Notes: a model not told the origin generated them from the sequence alone. A stretch of DNA of 64,000 nt from a virus (IMGVR_UViG_2654587547_000001:23156-87155), one strand, 5' to 3'; counted from the first letter of the stretch, positions 10,127 through 19,235 are shown. Translations and numbers: made by a program.

Positions 10127-12705
10127 TGCGCCAGGAATGTATTGAAGCGGTATCGCGTGCGCTTGGCGGACGGTCGCTTACTCAGGCGGAAGTCACTAAC
10201 ATTGAGAACCGCATTGCCATGGCCATGCGAAAGATGGCTGCAGAAGACATTACGGCCTGGCGCGGCATGAGCGAGGCTGATCGGATGGTGACCGCCGCAG
10301 ATCGCGCCGCCCGGGATATCGCAGCCGACGCCGCGCTTAAGCGACGGCGCGTGGCGCTCACTGCCCTACGCCATGACGCCATAAAGAATTACCTCGAGCG
10401 TCCTGGGCAAAAGGATCCGCTTGAGGCGCTTTCTCGCTCGCTCATGTTCTATTCGGACGGTAAGAGCGGCACGCTCTCAGTTGAGAGCATCGCGCAGGGC
10501 ATTCGCAATGAAGCCATGGGGCAGATGTTGGACGTGTTCGACAGTGTGAAGGGTGGAATGCTCGGCCTGATCACGGACGAGACGAAGGTGCTTAACATGG
10601 TGCGCGAGCTGCGCGGTCAGCAGACGGGCGACGCCGACGCGGCCAAGGCGGCGCGCGCGTATGGCGAGGTGTCGGAGCGGCTGCGAGACAGGTTCAACCG
10701 TGCCGGCGGCAACATCGGCCGGCTGGAAAATTGGGGTTTCCCCCAGGCGCACAGCCAGCGACTGGTTGCCACGGGCGGTGGCGACATGAAGGGCGCAGAG
10801 GCCCGGGCGGCGTGGGTTGAGGACGCCATGGGCGGCCTGGACCGTGGGCAGTATGTGAACGAGGACGGCTCGCTCATGAACGACACTCAGGTGCGCGAGT
10901 TGCTGGGTGCGGCCTGGGAGACGCTGGCTACGAACGGAGCCAACAAGATCGAGCCGGGGCGCGGCGGTCCTGCCAGCGGCATGGTGGCAAACCACGGCAG
11001 CGCCGAGCGGATCTTGCATTTCAAGGACGCCGAGAGCTGGATTGCCTACGCGCAAAAGTACAGTGATACGTCGATTCTGGAAACGATGCTGCGCCACGTC
11101 GACGGAATGGCACGGGATATCTCGTTGACGGAGACGTTCGGTCCGAACCCACACCTTCAGTTTCGTTTCTGGCGGGAGTGGGGCGTGAAGGAGATGAGCC
11201 TGCGCAACCCTGAGAACGCCGAGAAGATCACGGCACGCGCGCGATGGCTGGACACCGTGTACCAGAACACGGCCGGCACGAAGGAGCCGCCCGTGAATGC
11301 CGCGTTCGCTGAGGGTATGGACACGTACCGCGCGCTGAACACCGCCGCCCGCCTTGGGTCGGCTGCTCTGACTGCTGCGGTGACTGACCCTGCGACCAAC
11401 GCCATGACAGCCATCTATAACGGACTGCCGGTCATGCAGGTCATGACCAACGAACTGCGCGCACTGAACCCGGCCAATGTGGCTGACCGACGCGCGGCGC
11501 TGCGCGCTGGCCTTGGCATCAACCAGTACCTCGGCGCCATGAACCGCTGGGGCATAGATGGCATGGCTCGCGACTCCCAGGTGTCTGGGAGGATGGCACG
11601 CTATGCTACGGGTGCGGCGAGCGCGGTCATGAAGTTTTCCGGCATGAATGCGGTGACGCGTGCCGGCCAGCAGGCTTTTGGCTCCGTGCTGCTGGATACG
11701 CTGGGCGACATGACGCGCGCCGCCGGCGGTCTGGACGCAGCCCCGAACGCGCGCCTGGCGCAGCGGCTAAAACAGTCCGGGATCACCGATGATGTTTACG
11801 GCGTGTGGAAGTTGGCACAGCCCGAGGACTGGCGCGGCATGGGAGATACGGTACTCACGCCAGAGAGCATCTACCGGATCGCGGATGCCGATCTCGCTGG
11901 CGCGGCGGAGGCTGCGCAAACGACCCCGCAGCGTCTTCGCGAACAAGCGGCTACCCAGCTCGCCGCATTCCTGGACAGCGAAACCAACATGGCCATCATC
12001 GAGCCTGGCGTGCGCGAACGGTCGTTCATGTACCGGGGCACGCGCCGAGGCACGCTCGGCGGCGAGTTGCTGCGCGGCGCGCTGCAATTCAAGGCATTCC
12101 CGATTGCTATCCTCATGCGTCACGGTTATCGGGCTATGTCGACTCCCGGAGGGTGGGGCAAAGGCGCTTACATCGCAGGCTTGATGGGCCTAACAACGGT
12201 ATTGGGCGGCATTGCGTTGCAGCTTGGCGAGGTCGTATCAGGTCGGGATCCGCAAAACATGGAACCCTTCACCAACAATTTCTGGACGCGCAGCCTGTTG
12301 AAGGGCGGCGGTCTCGGCATCTTTGGTGATCTGATGTTCCAGGATTACACCCGCTACGGCACGTCGATAGGCGGCCTGATGGGCGGCCCGCTCGGCGGCG
12401 ATGTGGAAGACATGGCAAAGCTTGTCCTTGGCAACGTCCAACGTGGCGCCGAGGGTAAGGAGACGGATGTGGGCGCTCGCGCCGTGCGCATGCTGAAAGG
12501 CAAGATCCCGTTCGCCAACCTCTGGTACACAAAAGCGGCGACGGATCGCATGATCTTCAACCAGTTGCAGGAGTTGGTATCGCCAGGCTACCTGCGCCGG
12601 ATGGAGGATCGCGCGCGCAAGGAATTTGGGCAGCAGTATTACTGGCGCCCGGGTGAGGCCACGCCACGGCGCGGCCCCGACCTGGAGCGTGCGCTGCCTC
12701 AGTAG
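10126..12705 (+). CDS. Large internal virion protein (Bbp7-like)
   Basis: TAATG coupling; MRQECIEAV start; LQFKAFPI, GGGLGIFGD, PFANLWYTKAATDR motifs. Confidence 0.8.
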   Translation: MRQECIEAVSRALGGRSLTQAEVTNIENRIAMAMRKMAAEDITAWRGMSEADRMVTAADRAARDIAADAALKRRRVALTALRHDAIKNYLERPGQKDPLEALSRSLMFYSDGKSGTLSVESIAQGIRNEAMGQMLDVFDSVKGGMLGLITDETKVLNMVRELRGQQTGDADAAKAARAYGEVSERLRDRFNRAGGNIGRLENWGFPQAHSQRLVATGGGDMKGAEARAAWVEDAMGGLDRGQYVNEDGSLMNDTQVRELLGAAWETLATNGANKIEPGRGGPASGMVANHGSAERILHFKDAESWIAYAQKYSDTSILETMLRHVDGMARDISLTETFGPNPHLQFRFWREWGVKEMSLRNPENAEKITARARWLDTVYQNTAGTKEPPVNAAFAEGMDTYRALNTAARLGSAALTAAVTDPATNAMTAIYNGLPVMQVMTNELRALNPANVADRRAALRAGLGINQYLGAMNRWGIDGMARDSQVSGRMARYATGAASAVMKFSGMNAVTRAGQQAFGSVLLDTLGDMTRAAGGLDAAPNARLAQRLKQSGITDDVYGVWKLAQPEDWRGMGDTVLTPESIYRIADADLAGAAEAAQTTPQRLREQAATQLAAFLDSETNMAIIEPGVRERSFMYRGTRRGTLGGELLRGALQFKAFPIAILMRHGYRAMSTPGGWGKGAYIAGLMGLTTVLGGIALQLGEVVSGRDPQNMEPFTNNFWTRSLLKGGGLGIFGDLMFQDYTRYGTSIGGLMGGPLGGDVEDMAKLVLGNVQRGAEGKETDVGARAVRMLKGKIPFANLWYTKAATDRMIFNQLQELVSPGYLRRMEDRARKEFGQQYYWRPGEATPRRGPDLERALPQ

Positions 12706-12727
12706 GGCGCCGGGCAGCGCGGGAAGG

Positions 12728-14377
12728 TCACCGATGCGCGGTCTGGACCGTGGGGTTGCCGAGCCAGATTTTGCTGGTGGCCCCCACCGTCGTCTTGAAG
12801 TCGAGGCGCACGAACTTACCCGCATTCAAGTCGAGATCCCCGCCATGGGCCGGGATTGTGCCGGCTGGGGTCCAAGTCAGGAGGTCATCGCTGTAGGAAG
12901 CCTTGAAGTCGCCTTTGCCGTCTTGGGCAGCATCGATGTACAGCTTTGCCTCGGCAAACTCGCGGGGGAGAATGATCCAACCGTCGCACCGAGGCGCCAC
13001 CGGGGAGCCGCCCGCGAAGCCGAGGACGGGGTGCGGAATGATACGGCGGAAGGTGGCGTTGCATTCGTTCATGACCGCGCCGTAATGCGGCACATCGCGC
13101 AGGATCATCATCATCTTGATCGCCAATACATCCTTTCCGCTCGTGTCCTCGAACGTGGCAATCACCTTGTCCGCTTCAATCGGTTGCGGGAACATGATGT
13201 CGAGGTGGCGCAATTGGTTGTTCGTGATGATCTTTTCAGCCACCTTTGTGCCGTTTTTCCAGGCCGTCACGCTGAAATTGACCGGACGTTCGATCATTAG
13301 ATTGGCATCGATAGCCACGCCCTTCACGCGGTCGGCCGCTGGCATGTTAATGATTAAGTCGGCGGGGAAGGTGCCGGTGGACCAATAGTGATCACCGTAG
13401 AGCGCTTTCACACCTTCCGGACCATGCGCAACGGGGTCAATTGAGTTGCTGGCTGAGTACTTGTCTTGGTTCGCATCGTAGGCGTGGAACCGCATAGCCC
13501 ATTCCAAGAACGTCGGATCCTTGAACTCCTCGTACATCCAGATCAACTGACCGACGTGGTGCGCGTTGTACTCCAGTCGGGGCGCGATTGGGCGCTCGGT
13601 GCTGGGCATCTTCAGCGAGTAGTAGGATGAAAATCCAGCGTCGAAGAGGTGTACGTCGCGCTTCACTGCGGCCACCGTTTTGGCGATCAGGGCCTTCCAT
13701 TTCTGCTCACGTGTGACCGCGTAGTAATCCATGATGCCGGCCAGGCCCGTCACATGGCCGTTCAGCACCTTGAAGCTGTTGCCCTTGGGATCGGCCATTT
13801 CTTCTATCCAGGCCACATCACCATCGAAGGTCATGACGCCGCCCTCAGAAATAGGGTGTTCATAGGCTGCCATGGCCTTCTTGGCGGCATCCTGGTACTT
13901 CTGCTCGCCCGTCATTGCGTGCGCGCGAACCAGGACGCCGGCCATGCGAGACTGGCCAATGCCGGACACCCAACCCGGATCCAGTTGGAAATTCGGATCG
14001 GAAAAGGGGTATTCCCAAACCAGCATTTCACCGCGCGCCTTGCCTTCCTGGATCATCCAGTCAGCGACGCGGAGAAATTTCTTGCGCAGTTTCTCGTCCT
14101 TGCACTGCGTATCCAGATAGTCGCGGTAGAGCGCTAGAGCATAGTTGGTGTTGAAGTACGGATCAGCCCACTTGCCAAGATTGTTAAAGGCCTTGCCGTA
14201 ATCGAAAAGCACAATCCCATCTTCGCGCAGGCTGAAGCCGTTGGTGGTCGCGTAAGTTTCACCGCTGATGAACAGCGTGCGTTGAGCAGGCGGGATAGCC
14301 GGGCACTCGGCCGAGACGGCTGCTGCGCAGGCAGAACCAAGCGCGAGCGCGAAAATGTACTTGCCAATGAAACGCAC
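12728..14377 (-). CDS. Secreted D-glucuronyl C5-epimerase-family protein with C-terminal discoidin/CBM-like region (moron)
   Basis: WVSGIGQ...LVRAH..TG...Y, WIEE, VLNGH, FDAG.SSYYSL, EYNAHHV.QL motifs match the C5-epimerase C-terminal domain. N-terminal signal peptide. GTG at 14377 follows GGAG (alternative TTG 14389). Confidence 0.8.
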   Translation of the reverse strand: MRFIGKYIFALALGSACAAAVSAECPAIPPAQRTLFISGETYATTNGFSLREDGIVLFDYGKAFNNLGKWADPYFNTNYALALYRDYLDTQCKDEKLRKKFLRVADWMIQEGKARGEMLVWEYPFSDPNFQLDPGWVSGIGQSRMAGVLVRAHAMTGEQKYQDAAKKAMAAYEHPISEGGVMTFDGDVAWIEEMADPKGNSFKVLNGHVTGLAGIMDYYAVTREQKWKALIAKTVAAVKRDVHLFDAGFSSYYSLKMPSTERPIAPRLEYNAHHVGQLIWMYEEFKDPTFLEWAMRFHAYDANQDKYSASNSIDPVAHGPEGVKALYGDHYWSTGTFPADLIINMPAADRVKGVAIDANLMIERPVNFSVTAWKNGTKVAEKIITNNQLRHLDIMFPQPIEADKVIATFEDTSGKDVLAIKMMMILRDVPHYGAVMNECNATFRRIIPHPVLGFAGGSPVAPRCDGWIILPREFAEAKLYIDAAQDGKGDFKASYSDDLLTWTPAGTIPAHGGDLDLNAGKFVRLDFKTTVGATSKIWLGNPTVQTAHR

Positions 14378-14508
14378 GATTGTCTCCAATTATTACTATG
14401 TACGGGCGCGAGTTTATCACCCTGACCTCTTGCTGAATGCTAGGAAACGCAGAACTCTACAGGCAGGTCGCAACATCCTGTAGCGCAGTTCCTCAAAGGC
14501 CCTGCGCT

Positions 14509-16950
14509 ATGACCGTTCAAACCGAGATCTCCACCGTCACGCACGATTGTGATGGCGTCACCATCGCGTTCCCCGTCCCGTATCGCTTTCTGACGAATAC
14601 CGATCTGGTAGTAACTCGGATAGAACCGGGGGGCGACGAAGACGTCCGCACTGTCCTGACGCTTGGTACTGATTACATGGTGACCGGCGCGGGTGCTGAT
14701 GCTGGTGGAACCATCACTACAGCGGTCGACTACCCGGTCGGTGACAAGCTGGAAGTTGAGCGCGACGTGCCGATGACGCAGCTCACTGAATACCAGCCCA
14801 GCGGGCCGTTCCCAGCGAAGTCGCACGAGCGTGCGCTGGACAAGCTGACGATGGTGGACCAGCAACTTGAACGCCGCATCTTGCAAAACGAGAGCAATAT
14901 CCAGGATCTTGAAGAGTTCGACGCCAGCATCGGCGGTCTAGTCGAACAAGCCGCGAGTAGCGCTGCTGCTGCTCAAGCTGCAGCGCAGGCCTCTCAAGAG
15001 GCGCTATACGAGTTCCGAGGCGTGTACCTCGGTGCTCAGTCTTCAGACCCCACGCTTGACTTGAACGGGAACCCTGTCACCGAGGGGGACTTCTATTTCA
15101 ATATCGTCAGCAAGCGTATTCGAATTTACGACGGTAGCGCGTGGTCGGATGGCGTTGACGGCGTGACGGAGGCGCAACTGGCAGCAGCCGGAGGCGCCGA
15201 ACTGATCGGATATCAGAATCCTGCGGCGGGTTCGGTTGTAGAAACCCTCGCCAGTGTGGCCGACCGCCAGCTTACGGCCTTCACGTTTGGCGCGGTGGGC
15301 GACGGCGTAGCGGATGACACTGAGGCGCTGCAAGCCCTGGCGGATGCCCCTATCGGATTCAAGCGTATCCCGGCGGGCACCTACCGGGTAACGAACACGA
15401 TTCAATTTCAGCCGGGCGATACGGTTGTTGGCGACGGCCGTAACACCGTGATCGCGCCGGACCCGACGGGGTGGGGCACCAAATCTGTCATGGCCGTATC
15501 CGGCGAATTGGTCGCGATGCCCAACTTGGCGGCCAACGTAGCGCAAGGTTCTGCCAATCTCACGGCAGCAAGTGCGCCTAATTTTGCGTCCGGTGACGTG
15601 GGCCTGATTTTCCACCCCAGCGATTCATCATTTTCGACGTGGCGCACTTACTACAAGGCGGGCGAATTTTTCCGCGTGAGCAGCGTTACCGGCACCGCTA
15701 TCAGCACGATGGGGGTTACCTATGCTCCGTATGCGTTCGCCAATGTTGTGGTGTACAAGCTGGTCGGCAAGTCTACGGTTTTCCGCGACTTTCACATCCA
15801 GCAGCCGTCCACACAAAACGTCGGTCTTCGCGTTTCGCTGATCGATGGCCCCATTATTTCCAACGTCACCACGGGCGGAAGCACGTACTGCGGCATCGAG
15901 ATTGACCGCTGCTATGACATTCGAGTGGAATCCACTGTGTTCCAGGCGTCCCCCGCCGTGGACGATGAGTACGGTTTGTTGATCTCCAACAGCCAGGGCG
16001 GCGTCATCAACGGGTCTTTTTACGGCGGGCGGCATGCGGTCGCTTTCGGAGGTGGCTCAGGCGTCGGGTGCGTGTCGTGCCGAGGCATTACGGTTACGGC
16101 TGCGAACATGGGCGGCAGCGGCAATATCGGATCGCACGACCTGCACGGCAACACCGAAGACATCCGATTTTTCGGCGGCACGTTCGCCAACGGCGGCACG
16201 CTGGCCGGCAAGAATCACACGTTCAACGGTTGCAGGTTCATGGGGAACCGCAATAGCGGCATAGCCCTGTACGGCGGCGAGATCGTGGGCGGTACGCACC
16301 ATTTCGTGGATTGCCATTTTGAATCGACCATCATTAACCCGAACGCGGCTGGCTTCGGTTTGCTGGACTTCACTCAGCTGAGCGCCAACGTAACCCAGCT
16401 TACCTACATCAAGTTCAACAATTGCACGTTCTACGCGCCGTCCGGTTGCACGTATGTCGTAGCGGCGGCCCTCACCGGCACGCCCAATGACATCAGCCTG
16501 ATGTTCGATTCTCCCTCGGTTGTCTTTGCCCCAAGCGTTACGCAATTCTTGCGCATAAGCAAATCGAGCGGCGCGGGGCGTTTCGATACGCTCCAAATTA
16601 AAGACATTACCGGAATGCCTGGGACGGGGGCCTCTTACGTGGTATCGGCCAGCGGTTCCCCGGCGGTGTTGCACTATCGCATGCCTACTCAAACCGGCTC
16701 AGCTCCGGTGACGATATCGACCGGTGCGTCTGCGGCATCCACCACGGTAACTTTTCCTGTCGCGTACCCGAAAACCCCTGCCATCGTGTCATCGTTGACG
16801 CTCAACACGGTTGGGGGGGATCGCAGCATTTGTGCGCCTGTCTCCCCAAGCGCGACCGGCTTTTCGGCAACCGTCGCAACTGCTGACGGCGGTAACTTCG
16901 CTGCGGCTGATACGGCCACGGTCATGTGGCACGCGGGTCTTGATGAGTAG
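14509..16950 (+). CDS. Tailspike / receptor-binding protein, probable polysaccharide depolymerase
   Basis: T7-tail-fibre-type N-terminus (DGVTIAFPVPYRFL..TDLVV); FGAVGDGVADDTEALQA pectate-lyase-3 entry motif followed by beta-helix-like sequence. Confidence 0.85.
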   Translation: MTVQTEISTVTHDCDGVTIAFPVPYRFLTNTDLVVTRIEPGGDEDVRTVLTLGTDYMVTGAGADAGGTITTAVDYPVGDKLEVERDVPMTQLTEYQPSGPFPAKSHERALDKLTMVDQQLERRILQNESNIQDLEEFDASIGGLVEQAASSAAAAQAAAQASQEALYEFRGVYLGAQSSDPTLDLNGNPVTEGDFYFNIVSKRIRIYDGSAWSDGVDGVTEAQLAAAGGAELIGYQNPAAGSVVETLASVADRQLTAFTFGAVGDGVADDTEALQALADAPIGFKRIPAGTYRVTNTIQFQPGDTVVGDGRNTVIAPDPTGWGTKSVMAVSGELVAMPNLAANVAQGSANLTAASAPNFASGDVGLIFHPSDSSFSTWRTYYKAGEFFRVSSVTGTAISTMGVTYAPYAFANVVVYKLVGKSTVFRDFHIQQPSTQNVGLRVSLIDGPIISNVTTGGSTYCGIEIDRCYDIRVESTVFQASPAVDDEYGLLISNSQGGVINGSFYGGRHAVAFGGGSGVGCVSCRGITVTAANMGGSGNIGSHDLHGNTEDIRFFGGTFANGGTLAGKNHTFNGCRFMGNRNSGIALYGGEIVGGTHHFVDCHFESTIINPNAAGFGLLDFTQLSANVTQLTYIKFNNCTFYAPSGCTYVVAAALTGTPNDISLMFDSPSVVFAPSVTQFLRISKSSGAGRFDTLQIKDITGMPGTGASYVVSASGSPAVLHYRMPTQTGSAPVTISTGASAASTTVTFPVAYPKTPAIVSSLTLNTVGGDRSICAPVSPSATGFSATVATADGGNFAAADTATVMWHAGLDE

Positions 16951-17073
16951 CACCAGGCCCGGGGTTTCGATCCAGGCCTGGCCTTGAACTTTAGGCCTTA
17001 TGCAAATGGCGGATCCCCACATCACCGACGCAGCAATTAAATCCAGCGACGCACGCATCACTGGGGCCTGCTC

Positions 17074-17414
17074 GGCGGCTTTTTTTACGTCTATATGGGA
17101 CGCGATGTTGTCGCTTCAAAGGAAAGGCCATGGCTGACGAACATCTGTCCGATGCGTTCATCAAGTCACTGCACGCGCGCGTCGTGCAAATGGAGCAAGA
17201 CATGGCACACAATGCGGAAGCCACCGCGCGGAATACCGATTCAATCGAGACAATCCGCCGGAACACGCAGGACATCGTTGACACGTTCCAAGCGCTGGCG
17301 GGCGGGTTCAAGGTACTGCAAGGGCTGGGCCGGCTGGCAAAGCCGCTTGCGTATATCGTTGGCTTCGTCACTGCTGTTATCACTGCCTACTCGGCGTGGC
17401 GGGGTATCAAATGA
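17074..17414 (+). repeat. Direct repeat copy 1 (holin gene plus leader), paired with 61680-62020
   Basis: Leaders nearly identical (TTTTTTACGTCTATA.GGGACGCGATGTTGTCGCTTCAAAGGAAAGGCCATG); proteins differ at 6 of 94 aa. Confidence 0.95.
17130..17414 (+). CDS. Putative holin
   Basis: 94 aa, C-terminal hydrophobic segment, ATGA overlap with endolysin. Confidence 0.7.
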   Translation: MADEHLSDAFIKSLHARVVQMEQDMAHNAEATARNTDSIETIRRNTQDIVDTFQALAGGFKVLQGLGRLAKPLAYIVGFVTAVITAYSAWRGIK

Positions 17415-17965
17415 AGCTTGGAACCAAGATCGCGGGAGGTGCCGCTGCCCTCGTTGCTTCTGGCGCTTTGACGCTGTTCTCGCCAACGCTGCAATCCTTC
17501 CTTGGCAAGTGGGAGGGCGACGGGCAAAACGTTGTCTACGCCGACAAGCTGGCCCGCGGCCTGCCTACGGTATGCAAGGGCATCACCAAGCACACCAGCC
17601 CTGAGCCATTGGTGGTGGGCGACTACTGGTCGCCGGAGCGCTGCGAGCAGATTGAGCGCCTGGTGGTGAGCAAGGGTCAATTGAAGCTGGCGGACTGCAT
17701 CGACGTGGTGATCAGTCAGCCGATCTTTGACGCCCTGAGCAGCCATGGCCACAACTTCGGCACGCCCAGCACCTGCGCGAGCCGCGCGGTGGGCCTTATC
17801 AATGCCGGCCGGCTGCGAGAAGGTTGCAATGCCCTGGCTCATGCGCCGAACGGGTCTCCAGTCTGGTCCTACGTCACTGATGCCAAGGGCGCTAAGGTCT
17901 TTGTGCAGGGCCTGTACAACCGGCGTCTGGATGAGGAGCGGCTATGTCTCTCGGGGCTGGGCTGA
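17411..17965 (+). CDS. SAR-type endolysin (GH24 lysozyme)
   Basis: Ala/Gly-rich N-terminal anchor; WEG...YADKLA.GLPTVC.G catalytic region; GLYNRR..E. Confidence 0.85.
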   Translation: MKLGTKIAGGAAALVASGALTLFSPTLQSFLGKWEGDGQNVVYADKLARGLPTVCKGITKHTSPEPLVVGDYWSPERCEQIERLVVSKGQLKLADCIDVVISQPIFDALSSHGHNFGTPSTCASRAVGLINAGRLREGCNALAHAPNGSPVWSYVTDAKGAKVFVQGLYNRRLDEERLCLSGLG

Positions 17966-18495
17966 TCGGCTGGAAAGGATACGCGGTGGCCAGCATCGTA
18001 GGCGCGGCACTGTTGGGCGGCGCGATACTTGAGCGCCACTGGTACGGCGCCAGTCAATACCGGGCCGGAGCCGACGCCAAGCAAGCCGAAATCGAGAAAC
18101 GCCAAGCGGCCATCGAGCACGCATGGCAGGAGGAAAGGGATCGTGCTGATGCCAAACACCGCGGCGCCGTCTTGGCGCGCGAACAAATCGAATCGAAGCT
18201 GGCGCAGGCTGAGCGCGATCGTGATGCCGCTTTTGCTCGCATTGCCGGGCTGCGCAAGCAGCTTGCCAGCCGGGGCGCCGCGGCTACCGACGCCGGCGGC
18301 GGATCTGATAGCCCCGGCCCCGACTGGATCGGCCTATTTGGAGAGTGTCTCGGTCGAGCTCAAAGCCTTGGACGACGACTTGGCGAGGTGGGAAAGGATG
18401 CTGCAGGATGGGCTGACCAAGTGAATGGGTTACAGGGTTATATTCAAGGCCTGCGCGGCGCACAGAGGATAAAGGCGCCGGAGCAGATACCCTAA
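17944..18495 (+). CDS. Rz: Inner-membrane spanin
   Basis: N-terminal TM segment plus coiled coil after endolysin; contains embedded lipoprotein ORF. Confidence 0.75.
   Translation: MSLGAGLIGWKGYAVASIVGAALLGGAILERHWYGASQYRAGADAKQAEIEKRQAAIEHAWQEERDRADAKHRGAVLAREQIESKLAQAERDRDAAFARIAGLRKQLASRGAAATDAGGGSDSPGPDWIGLFGECLGRAQSLGRRLGEVGKDAAGWADQVNGLQGYIQGLRGAQRIKAPEQIP
18149..18424 (+). CDS. Rz1: Outer-membrane spanin lipoprotein, embedded in Rz (+1 frame)
   Basis: RBS AGGAAAGG, lipobox LLALPG-C, Pro-rich mature part. Confidence 0.7.
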   Translation: MPNTAAPSWRANKSNRSWRRLSAIVMPLLLALPGCASSLPAGAPRLPTPAADLIAPAPTGSAYLESVSVELKALDDDLARWERMLQDGLTK

Positions 18496-18521
18496 ATTAC
18501 CTATAAGGCTTGGAGCCCGTA

Positions 18522-18797
18522 ATGAAACTGAGATTCGAGAGAATCAAGTCCGTTTACTTCGATCTACCTGCTGTAGGAGCTCAAGTGGCTTTTGCCGTCT
18601 TATCGGACAATCTCACTCCCAATTTGGGTCGAGCGTTCAGTGGAGAGCTGATGGTGAATTTGAAGTTTCAATCGCAAGCGGATTTTGATGCCGTCACCCA
18701 ATCGGATCTCATCAACACTGCCTTTGCCAAGATCGCTCAAGAATTGCCTGAAGCAATGTTGCTTACTGGTGCTGAGTGGCAGCAGTTGATGAACTAG
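18522..18797 (+). CDS. Hypothetical moron protein (lower GC)
   Basis: GGAG RBS, 91 aa, AT-richer than flanks. Confidence 0.55.
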   Translation: MKLRFERIKSVYFDLPAVGAQVAFAVLSDNLTPNLGRAFSGELMVNLKFQSQADFDAVTQSDLINTAFAKIAQELPEAMLLTGAEWQQLMN

Positions 18798-18817
18798 CTA
18801 TCTTCTTCCACAGACGA

Positions 18818-19042
18818 TTAGCCATCCTGCGGCCCGCGCTGCCTGGACAGCTGGATCTCGTCATCCGCCCCGATCTCGCGCAGCCATGCGCCACAGCCCT
18901 CGTCTGGGTAGACAGGGGCTATACGGTGGTCAGGATCTCGGCGGCAATACGGCCTGCGCCCCTGGTCGGTTGTTTCGCCGTGCCAGTGGGTACAGGTCCA
19001 GCACCCGCCGAGCTTTGGGGGCATGGGCTTGAAGTAGGACAT
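18818..19042 (-). CDS. Small Cys-rich protein, probably SOS-regulated
   Basis: 74 aa, CWTCTHW...C...GCGAW; LexA box 2 nt upstream of ATG. Confidence 0.7.
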   Translation of the reverse strand: MSYFKPMPPKLGGCWTCTHWHGETTDQGRRPYCRRDPDHRIAPVYPDEGCGAWLREIGADDEIQLSRQRGPQDG

Positions 19043-19044
19043 TG

Positions 19045-19060
19045 CTGGACAAATATACAG
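19045..19060 (-). promoter_or_regulatory. LexA (SOS) box
   Basis: CTGTATATTTGTCCAG on minus strand fits CTG-N10-CAG. Confidence 0.8.
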
Positions 19061-19180
19061 CAAGGTATGTGGGGGATTTATTGGCAAAGTAGGCGCAATC
19101 CGGCGTAATCGTCGCGGTGGGCGCGAAGCCAAAGCCCAGCAAAATCAACGCCCTAGGGCTATGCGCCTATCGCGTCCGTT

Positions 19181-19227
19181 GACTCATAATCCGTTGGTGC
19201 CGAGTTCGACTCTCGGGGGGCCTACCA
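19181..19227 (+). other. att core: 3' fragment of a tRNA(CAT) (Ile2/Met) at the prophage junction
   Basis: GACTCATAATCCGTTGGTGCCGAGTTCGACTCTCGGGGGGCCTACCA has anticodon loop, T arm and CCA; upstream sequence cannot form the acceptor, D or full anticodon stem. Confidence 0.9.
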
Positions 19228-19235
19228 ATAGATAT

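Larger units (their letters stand above)
1..19227 (+). mobile_element. Prophage 1, late half: BPP-1-like temperate podovirus
   Basis: Co-directional capsid, cement, tail tubular A/B, ejection proteins, T7-type tailspike and lysis genes ending at a tRNA 3' fragment. No tape measure or sheath. Confidence 0.9.

Noticed and set aside
16965-16975. tRNA T-loop-like GTTTCGATCC
   Set aside because: Part of a simple hairpin; no cloverleaf or CCA end
12705-17130. Diversity-generating retroelement, expected in a BPP-1-like phage
   Set aside because: No reverse transcriptase ORF and no TR/VR repeat pair differing at adenines was seen near the tailspike
19150-19227. Intact tRNA-Met/Ile gene
   Set aside because: The 5' half cannot pair to form the acceptor, D or anticodon stems; only the 3' 47 bp are tRNA-derived
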